Source: Pecten maximus (Eukaryota). Taken from it: a DNA stretch of 64,000 nucleotides. The position numbers were made by a program, and so were the translations under genes. The stretch spans positions 26,288,001 to 26,352,000 of the forward strand of contig NC_047033.1 of the NCBI RefSeq assembly GCF_902652985.1. The letters are read 5' to 3'. The stretch's first letter is position 1; the number at the start of each line of letters is the position of its first letter. Below are positions 58,301 to 64,000 of this stretch, piece after piece. A model generated the notes under the pieces. That model did not search any database. It had not been told where the DNA came from and saw only the letters and a list, made by a program, of their open reading frames with translations.

Positions 58301-60688
58301 CACCTCTAGATGTTTTCCTGTTACAGGTGGCGGTAGTATCGTGTGACGATAGATAGAAGTATGTACAGGACCCCACCACCTCTAGATGTTTTCCTGTCAC
58401 AGGTGGCGGTAGTATCGTGTGACGATAGATAGAAGTATGTACAGGACCCCACCACCTCTAGATGTTTTCCTGTCACAGGTGGCAGTAGTATCCTGTGTCG
58501 ATAGACAGAAGAAGAAGCTCTGTATAGGACCCCACCACCTCTAGGTGTTTTCCTGTCGCAAACTTGATGTTCCTAAAAGCTATAACACAGACTTTAACAT
58601 AGAAGATCCTAGAAATTTCACCAGGAATTTATTTACCTTCTTTTTCTTCGACCTCCTCAATTTCCTCCCCCTCCTCGTCTGGACTCTGTCTCAGGTCCGG
58701 AGTCTGGTCAGGGGAGGAAGCAGGTTTTAAATAGTGATGAGACACCATAAACTTGAAAGTCGGCAAATGTGATCTCTTCCGTTTTCTCTATCCAGGTTCC
58801 ATTGTTCTGATCAGCCTGAAATAAGAGAAAGCTTGTGTAATGTACAGATATATTTCAGAAATGTAAGTTTTGCTTACAAAAATTTCTCATGTACATGCAT
58901 GTACACCCTTCAGAGAACAATACATTGGTATCATTAACACTCATTTCCAATTAGCACTATTAAATCAGGACTATTTAGTGACATATATTAACCCTTTTGT
59001 AGAATATGATACTTGTACAAGAGGTTTGGTGTATCTAACTTTATTACACGTATAAATAAAATGACATGACCCAGGCATTAAACCCCTCGGGACAGGATGG
59101 GACCCTAGGATCAATCCTAGTACTAGAATATTGTAGCTATTCAAGATATGATCTAGGCACTCCAGTCAATCAGGATGTCATACTCACCATGGTGACAGGA
59201 TGTTGTACTCACCTTGGTGACAGGATGTCATACTCACCTTGGTGACAGGATGTCATACTCACCTTGGTGACAGGATGTCATACTCACCTTGGTGACAGGA
59301 TGTCATACTCACCATGGTGACAGGATGTCATACTCACCATGGTGACAGGATGTCATATTCACCTTGGTGACAGGATGTCATACTCACCATGGTGACAGGA
59401 TGTCATACTCACCTTGGTGACAGGATGTCATACTCACCTTGGTGACAGGATGTTGTACTCACTATGGTGACAGGATGTCAAACTCACCTTAGTGACAGGA
59501 TGTCATATTCACCTTGGTGACAGGATGTCATACTCACCTTGGTGACAGGATGCCCTACTCACCTTGGTGACATGATGTCCTACTCACCATGGTGACAGAT
59601 GTCCTACTCACCTTGGTGACAGGATGTCATACTCACCATGGTGACAGGATGTCATACTCACCATGGTGACAGGATGTCCTACTCACCTTGGTGACAGGAT
59701 GTCCTACTCACCATGGTGACAGATGTCCTACTCACCTTGGTGACAGGATGTCATACTCACCATGGTGACAGGATGTCATACTCACCTTGGTGACATGATG
59801 TCCTACTCACCATGGTGACAGATGTCATACTCACCTTAGTGACAGGATGTCATACTCACCATGGTGACAGGATGTTGTACTCACCTTGGTGACAGGATGT
59901 TGTACTCACCATGGTGACAGGATGTCAAATTCACCATGGTGACAGGATGTTGTACTCACCTTGGTGACAGGATGCCGTGGCTGAACACTGACTAGTTTCC
60001 ACTCGTGAAGAATTTCTTCCAATCTGGCCACAAACCTAAAACCATGGATGCATGTAATTAGTGTACACAAACCTAAAACCATGGGTTACACAAACCTAAA
60101 ACCAGTGGCGCACAAATTATGTTACTTGTGACCTTTGACCCAGGGACATTGACCTTTGACCAATGCAAGAGGCATTGCCTTTGGTCAGTTGACTCCATGT
60201 TAAATTCCAACAAACATTGTTTCGCAGCTATAGTATCATCACAAAATGATGATAATTAAAAAAAATAAAAATTTGACCTTGATTTTTAACCCAGTGAATT
60301 TGATCTTTGACCTGGTAGTTAGATCAGTTGACTTTTTGTTTACTAGGTAAATTGTGACCAACGTTGCTTTATAGTGTCATCACAAAATGTTCATCAATGA
60401 AAAAATACAATATTTGACCTTGACCTTGATATTTGACCTCAACGTGTATTTTTGTGAACTGAACATCTTGACCAAACTTCAAGTACACTGTAAACCGGTC
60501 GATGAATACTAAAGTTATCATGCTAGGAACAATATTTATGGATGGACGGACAGACAGAACTATTATTATTGTATATTCTGTATATAGGGCGTCTGTATCT
60601 CCGATACCAATTCCTAAATATATGACTATACCAACCTCTCCCATTCTGAGGCGGTCGTAAAATCTGTGATTTCAAACACGTCTGCATC
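28087..60688 (-). CDS. RAB3GAP1: Rab3 GTPase-activating protein catalytic subunit (5'-partial; 23 exons; one +1 frameshift)
   Basis: Colinear motifs recalled from vertebrate RAB3GAP1: VFEITDFTTASEWER, NDFP.KAH, SDLDPLQAPQWSV, LWQEFVLEMRFRWEN, MLNCCIERK, YIPVTQEPAPMTED, MQSACLMSDMESFKAANPGC, PARRQKRLFDDTKEAEK, LAGAFSTDTTF*. All introns GT-AG. Exon total is 3220 nt (3n+1). Confidence 0.95.
28303..28907. repeat. 42-44 bp array copying the last-exon acceptor of RAB3GAP1
   Basis: Minus-strand unit contains ttgtattttgacag|gaaatcaacatg. Confidence 0.93.
29122..29340 (-). CDS. RAB3GAP1: RAB3GAP1 exon (IARAKSLKSKF..IHKLFIAAQK)
   Basis: cctcag| ... AAG|gtgggt. Confidence 0.92.
29800..29900 (-). CDS. 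RAB3GAP1: RAB3GAP1 exon (DSDIPKLKDVLDNLISRASKV)
   Basis: tttcag| ... GAG|gtcagt. Confidence 0.85.
30075..30262 (-). mobile_element. SINE-like family C (second, decayed copy at ~35965-36115)
   Basis: ggaaaccggagtacctgggggaaaaccc body; reverse B-box ggaatcgaactc. Confidence 0.6.
30341..30437 (-). CDS. RAB3GAP1: RAB3GAP1 exon (VLHFLSSMKPANL..IHSAIIKV)
   Basis: caacag| ... G|gtaaga. Confidence 0.9.
30737..30858 (-). CDS. RAB3GAP1: RAB3GAP1 exon with catalytic-arginine region (PARRQKRLFDDTKEAEK)
   Basis: aaacag| ... AAG|gtatgg. Confidence 0.93.
31024..32801. mobile_element. HINE/Helentron-associated element carrying a 155-bp satellite array
   Basis: Starts aacaaga; ~9.5 x 155 bp; (ggac)n microsatellite; terminal hairpin tagcccaccatc..gatggtgggcta. 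Confidence 0.8.
32903..34530. mobile_element. Second copy of the same HINE-like element
   Basis: Same structure; ~8.5 x 155 bp. Confidence 0.8.
34898..35003 (-). CDS. RAB3GAP1: RAB3GAP1 exon (AANPGCTLIDFVRWYSPRDWIEEE)
   Basis: tttcag| acceptor; donor taken as T|gtatgt, though a phase-compatible A|gtaaaa lies 9 nt earlier. Confidence 0.85.
35075..35650 (-). mobile_element. SINE-like family A, longest copy
   Basis: Homologous to the 14488 and 17200 copies. Confidence 0.65.
35722..35803 (-). CDS. RAB3GAP1: RAB3GAP1 exon (LGTSSEGAQLRARMQSACLMSDMESFK)
   Basis: atgcag| ... AAG|gtaaaa. Confidence 0.93.
36170..38364. mobile_element. HINE-like element, second family, with ~161-bp satellite array
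   Basis: Starts aacaagaggcccatgggcc; 161-bp units; (cgcacga)n microsatellite; terminal hairpin taggtcatcctgaccc..gggtcagatgaccta. Confidence 0.8.
38385..38587. repeat. 31 bp tandem repeat, ~6 copies
   Basis: Recurring ccatatcttttagtcgactgg. Confidence 0.85.
38687..39342 (-). CDS. RAB3GAP1: RAB3GAP1 large exon (MLNCCIERK..EDEFFEC..YIPVTQEPAPMTED)
   Basis: ORF 38683..39342; tttcag| ... AG|gtagag. Confidence 0.95.
39510..40927. mobile_element. Non-autonomous DNA transposon with 16-bp TIR and 6-bp TSD
   Basis: catacttgccaacttt ... aaagttggcaagtatg, flanked by acatac on both sides. Confidence 0.8.
41128..41377. repeat. 55 bp array copying a RAB3GAP1 donor
   Basis: acctgtagtttttggtagatcagaca at 41131, 41186, 41241, 41296, 41351. 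Confidence 0.95.
41353..41407 (-). CDS. RAB3GAP1: RAB3GAP1 exon (IEPGAPNLGSCLIYQKLQ)
   Basis: gtacag| ... CAG|gtacgt. Confidence 0.88.
41750..42490. repeat. ~62 bp array copying a RAB3GAP1 exon end plus donor
   Basis: gacacttaccctttaataaaacac..cccagcgg.acctca, about 12 times. Confidence 0.92.
42441..42613 (-). CDS. RAB3GAP1: RAB3GAP1 exon (GGLRGVAQLWQEFVLEMRFRWEN)
   Basis: tcccag| ... GG|gtaagt. Confidence 0.93.
43133..43258 (-). CDS. RAB3GAP1: RAB3GAP1 exon (LLFPDA.. acidic linker)
   Basis: tcatag| ... AGG|gtaatg. Confidence 0.85.
43612..43806. repeat. 58 bp tandem repeat x3
   Basis: caaagatcaacttcactttcaatctctacacccccggaatatgtccaacctaaatgtt. Confidence 0.9.
43944..44107 (-). CDS. RAB3GAP1: RAB3GAP1 exon (DISQALQRLTEP..)
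   Basis: ttgtag| ... GAG|gtgagt. Confidence 0.88.
44112..45415. repeat. 24 bp minisatellite abutting a RAB3GAP1 acceptor
   Basis: (accaataatacatcaatccatcaa)n. Confidence 0.95.
45886..45978 (-). CDS. RAB3GAP1: RAB3GAP1 exon (HYLQSFVKHGYRQESTEELL)
   Basis: ataaag| ... G|gtaggt; phases fit both neighbours. Confidence 0.8.
46361..46434 (-). CDS. RAB3GAP1: RAB3GAP1 exon (DLDPLQAPQWSV..PNCLL)
   Basis: tttcag| ... G|gtatga. Confidence 0.92.
47260..47328 (-). CDS. RAB3GAP1: RAB3GAP1 exon (ELRLACTWPSLSEDMIVENQNY)
   Basis: tttcag| ... AG|gtaact. Confidence 0.9.
47293..47750. repeat. 80 bp array copying a RAB3GAP1 acceptor plus exon start
   Basis: cagttcact(gaa/tag)acagggtaatttttata every 80 bp. 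Confidence 0.95.
48217..48298 (-). CDS. RAB3GAP1: RAB3GAP1 exon (LPFGASEDPV)
   Basis: ccttag| ... AG|gtgagc. Confidence 0.9.
50150..52126. repeat. 38 bp minisatellite
   Basis: (gaccttgactacctgtcagtaacactagtgtcctcagt)n. Confidence 0.95.
53864..53963 (-). CDS. RAB3GAP1: RAB3GAP1 exon (VAVRFTYFLQEW..WPQEPP)
   Basis: ttgtag| ... G|gtaagt. Confidence 0.9.
54063..54405. repeat. Diverged array copying a RAB3GAP1 exon end plus donor
   Basis: Recurring aaacacgtccaacagaccggctaaatggttatact. Confidence 0.85.
54357..54522 (-). CDS. RAB3GAP1: RAB3GAP1 exon (PVPVFVQV..YNHLAGLLDVFKAKL)
   Basis: tttcag| ... CTT|gtaagt; within ORF 54333..54629. Confidence 0.92.
54820..56578. repeat. 20-23 bp minisatellite abutting a RAB3GAP1 donor
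   Basis: (gctgtaaacttatacagagaagt)n. Confidence 0.95.
56580..56699 (-). CDS. RAB3GAP1: RAB3GAP1 exon (YGLQEFVVIAP..LLLSSVSIALSNAG)
   Basis: ttacag| ... TG|gtgagt. Confidence 0.92.
57474..57711. mobile_element. MITE (PIF/Harbinger-like GGCC ends)
   Basis: ctgggcctagttgttcaaaaggtgatt ... aatcaccttttgaacaaccgggcccag. Confidence 0.7.
57747..57825 (-). CDS. RAB3GAP1: RAB3GAP1 exon (VIPTVMMDMMNTENDFPSKAHFLSR)
   Basis: ttacag| ... TT|gtaagt. Confidence 0.9.
57895..58235. mobile_element. MITE with ~100-bp TIRs
   Basis: tttgtttagaggaaca..tatctccaacatggagtgcttagaag versus cttctaagcactccatgttggagata..tgttcctctaaacaaa. Confidence 0.75.
58245..58557. repeat. ~76 bp tandem repeat, ~4 copies
   Basis: Recurring gaccccaccacctctagatgttttcctgt. 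Confidence 0.85.
58637..58815 (-). CDS. RAB3GAP1: RAB3GAP1 exon containing +1 frameshift (GTWIEKTEEITFADF/KFMVSHHYL)
   Basis: tttcag| ... G|gtaaat; homology switches frame at ~58756. Confidence 0.85.
59170..59975. repeat. 25 bp array copying a RAB3GAP1 donor, ~32 copies
   Basis: Minus-strand unit catcctgtcaccaag|gtgagtatga. Confidence 0.95.
59960..60035 (-). CDS. RAB3GAP1: RAB3GAP1 exon (FVARLEEILHEWKLVSVQPRHPVTK)
   Basis: ttttag| ... AAG|gtgagt. Confidence 0.9.
60636..60688 (-). CDS. RAB3GAP1: RAB3GAP1 exon (DADVFEITDFTTASEWE)
   Basis: tttcag| ... AG|gttggt. Confidence 0.9.
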
Positions 60689-61064
60689 CTGAAATAAATT
60701 CCAACAGAAACATTGAACAATGTTAAAACACAGGCAATCAAATGTCTGTCACATCAAGAGAGACAGGTTCTTGACACTGGACATCACAAAAAGATTGACT
60801 GACAAACATGAATCACAAAATTCAAGATTACCTGACAACCATGAATCACTAAATTCAAGATTAATCGACAACCATGAATGCCATTATGTAAAATTCTCAA
60901 TTTTTATTTTTGTTTATCTATTTTCATATTAATGTATGTCGGCCCATTGAATGTGTATTATTTGATTAAATATTGAAACTCACTTCCCAAACCAATTTCT
61001 GAAAATATTGATGTATGTAACATGTTTATATTGGTTTCATACTATATCAGTCAACAGTCAGTCA

Positions 61065-61095
<31 letters not shown>

Positions 61096-63114
61096 ACCCC
61101 CCCCACCAATGTGTTGGGACCACCTGTATTTATCCCTTCTTATAATAAAATGTATTTTTTTCATAGACTGGACACTTGTTGTTTTATAATTGTTTATATG
61201 TTCAAGTTCAAGTTCAAGTTTTATTTTATTTGAGTGTCACATGTCAATACAATACTTGATTAAAAAATGTACATAAGAACAATAAAATACATATTGACAT
61301 CCAGCCATTATTGGCTTATGAGACACTAATTACGAATAAAATCTATTAAAAGCTATCACTTATGCTATCCGTTATTGTTAAATTATACAATGATTAAAAT
61401 ATATAGATTATCAATGTCACATACTTATTTTTGGAGTTCAGAGACTAACACTAGTCTGTAATAGGTATGGTATTATCAGGCTACACATGAGCCTTGAATT
61501 AATTAGTAAATAATTGTACTGCATATTAATGAGCAAATTGCTCATCTTAATAATTAATTAAATTTCACACTGGATATATGAAAGTTACAACTGTACCATC
61601 CTATAGTGTGGAACATGGTTAGTCTCCAACCCTCATATATACAAAATACAAGATATTACTTTCAGGAGAATTAAACATACTATAACAATGCTGTTGGTAT
61701 ATATTTCCTGCATTTGTACGTATTAAAAATGGTAGCTGCTAATATAAGCTATCAGAAATGCTATCCATTATCATTGATATCTACAATGATTAAAATCTAT
61801 CGATTATCATTTTATCAATATCACACTTATTTTGAGGTTCAGAGACTAACATTAGTCTGTAATGGTATTATCAGGCAACATACATCAGCCTTGAATTAAG
61901 TAAATACCATAATTGTACCGTATATCAACGAGCAAATTGCTCAACTTAGTAATTAATTAATTCCACAAAAACCATCATGTAGTGTAGAACATGGTTAGTC
62001 TCTGGCTAACCCTCATATATTACAGCATACAAGATATTACTTTTAGAAGAATTAAACATACCAGGGTTCACGCAGTATGATACATATACTATAACAATGC
62101 TATTGGCATATTTTTCCTGCGATTGTACATGTTAAAAATGGTAGATGCTAGAAAATGTGGCTCTGCACTCTGCATTATACAATTTAACTTTTCTGTATCA
62201 CTCATATTATCAAAAGAGCCATTTTCCAACTGCATTTTGGTAAAAAGGCTATGCCTGATATCTGAATAAAAATCACAGCTTATTAAAAAAAATATGTGTC
62301 ACACCTTAATGCACTAATATGGCACTAGGGTAATATATATAGACTACATGTAAACTTGTTGTGCCCCCCGGGCCCTTCCCCCTCCGAATGTACAGGTAAT
62401 GGACAGAGCCCTTGCAATTGGCTACCTGTGGTTTTTACCTGTACAGCTGTAGTCAACCTTACTTGGCTACCTGTGATTTTTACCTGTATAACTGTAGTCT
62501 ACCTTACCTGTCAATATGACTGAACTTGTTGTCTTAAAAAATTTGGTCTTATTAAATTAAATTTGTATTTTTATGTATTGAAATAAAATTGTACTTCTAA
62601 GTTCTATATTGTCAGCTCAAATCATTTATGAAGTGAGTTGTAAACATGAAAAAAAAAATTACTTACTCAAACAAATTTTAATTTGATGAAAAATTTCAAA
62701 ATGTTCAACTTAGTAATTGGCAGTAATTTAAAAACAAGAATACATCTAATTCTATGTCTCATCTGTCCCGATTTGTCAGTAAGTAACCCCCACCCCCCAG
62801 CCCACAAAAGAAACCCAACAAACCTCACTAATAAACTGATAGTATTGAAACACTAAATGTGTTACTGACATGTGTAAATATTGATTGATTACAAAGAAAT
62901 AACAAATTCACCTGGAAAGTGAGAAGAAAACAACAAATTAGATATATTTACATTAAACTATCATAGAACTTAAATTGTTCGAAGTTGACCATTAACTAAT
63001 TTTCAAGTCAGTTGTAATCCCAAAATATGCAAAAATAGGGTGTGATGAGATGTCCATATATTCCAGGTTTGGTCACCAGCTAGAGTGTATCAATACTTTT
63101 TGAGAAACTAGACT

Positions 63115-63733
63115 TAGAGCAAGGGTAAGTAATTTCGCACAGTACGTAAATTCACACACCTGACGATTTTTTGCGTTTTTCCTCCAAGCGGTCGAGGACT
63201 GTGTTTTTTGTTTATATGTTGACTAATGGCAACCTTTAGTGGAACATTTGCCGTTTTAAGTACATCTTTTCAAATTAAGTTCGTTTTGAAAACAAATTTT
63301 AACTGATACGACTCTCGTCCGATAAAATGGATACCAGATTATCAAATATTTTATTTAAAATAATCCCAGTTGTTGATTGGCATGTGACTTTGCAAATATT
63401 TAAGGAAAATATCATTTGATCAGATAATAAACAAAACTTGTTACAAATCCACCAAGTATAACTAATAACAGCGCTGACCTGCAGACACCCAGTCATTTTC
63501 ACCACCTTGTTTACATTACCTCCGTAGGGAGCGGTCATTATTTAAAGCAAAAATGGCGATAAATTGACACTTTCCAATTTTACATTATTTTGTTTTTAAA
63601 GATTTTTTTAATCATATCATTGGGCTTTATCTTAGTTTAGGATGTTGTTTGTCTACAAAATGGTTGAAAACTATTTTTACCAACAAAATTAAAGAAGTTA
63701 GATGGGTGTGCGAAATTACGTACCCCCAATCTA
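63115..63733. mobile_element. Non-autonomous TIR element
   Basis: tagagcaagggtaagtaatttcgcaca ... tgtgcgaaattacgtacccccaatcta. Confidence 0.55.
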
Positions 63734-64000
63734 ACATTTTAGTATAATTTTCCAGCATCCCATCATTAATTACATGAAGCTAAGCACACAAACCTAAACC
63801 ACAATATAATTGGTATTCCACCCATTAAAAGTATGTGTCTAGCTGTGTATGGTATAAAAAAGGAAAGAAATATTGATACATCTCTACCAGCCAGACAGCT
63901 TTTAATGTCAATTGTGCAAAATCATTGTACCATATAGGTTACCTATGATTATCAGTCACCAGGTGTGCCAGTCACAACACCTAGCAAGATCTCCTCCTCT

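Noticed and set aside
28087-60688. RAB3GAP1 as a pseudogene
   Set aside because: Only one lesion across 23 exons, with intact splice sites and catalytic motif; a sequencing error or single allele is more likely.
61066-61105. Long poly-C tracts (also ~9083-9106)
   Set aside because: Simple homopolymers of unreliable length with no further structure.
62410-62520. Strong minus-strand donor (cag|gtaagg) with a short duplication as the RAB3GAP1 start exon
   Set aside because: The required phase-0 frame has TGA just before the donor and no ATG. It could only be non-coding, and the start exon is probably outside the window.

Overview
Animal genomic DNA, AT-rich and intron-rich. The repeat families look like a bivalve mollusc, which is an inference. 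Two convergent spliced genes are present. (1) On the + strand (2694-21980), seven coding exons splice in phase into a ~514-aa protein: signal peptide, 10-Cys Frizzled CRD, S/T/P linker, one LDLR/LRP-type YWTD beta-propeller with no following EGF module, and a C-terminal hydrophobic tail resembling a GPI signal. (2) On the - strand (60688-28087), 23 exons encode RAB3GAP1; the start-codon exon was not found, and there is a single +1 frameshift at ~58756. The introns hold minisatellites, MITEs, SINE-like elements and three Helentron-associated (HINE-like) satellite carriers. The most striking pattern is that about ten tandem arrays are amplified copies of the exon/intron junction they touch, and two more abut a junction. 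All extend into the intron and leave rows of decoy donor or acceptor sites. One such duplication (21391-21430) could switch the CRD-propeller protein between a membrane-anchored and a secreted form. All exon boundaries and translations were derived by hand.
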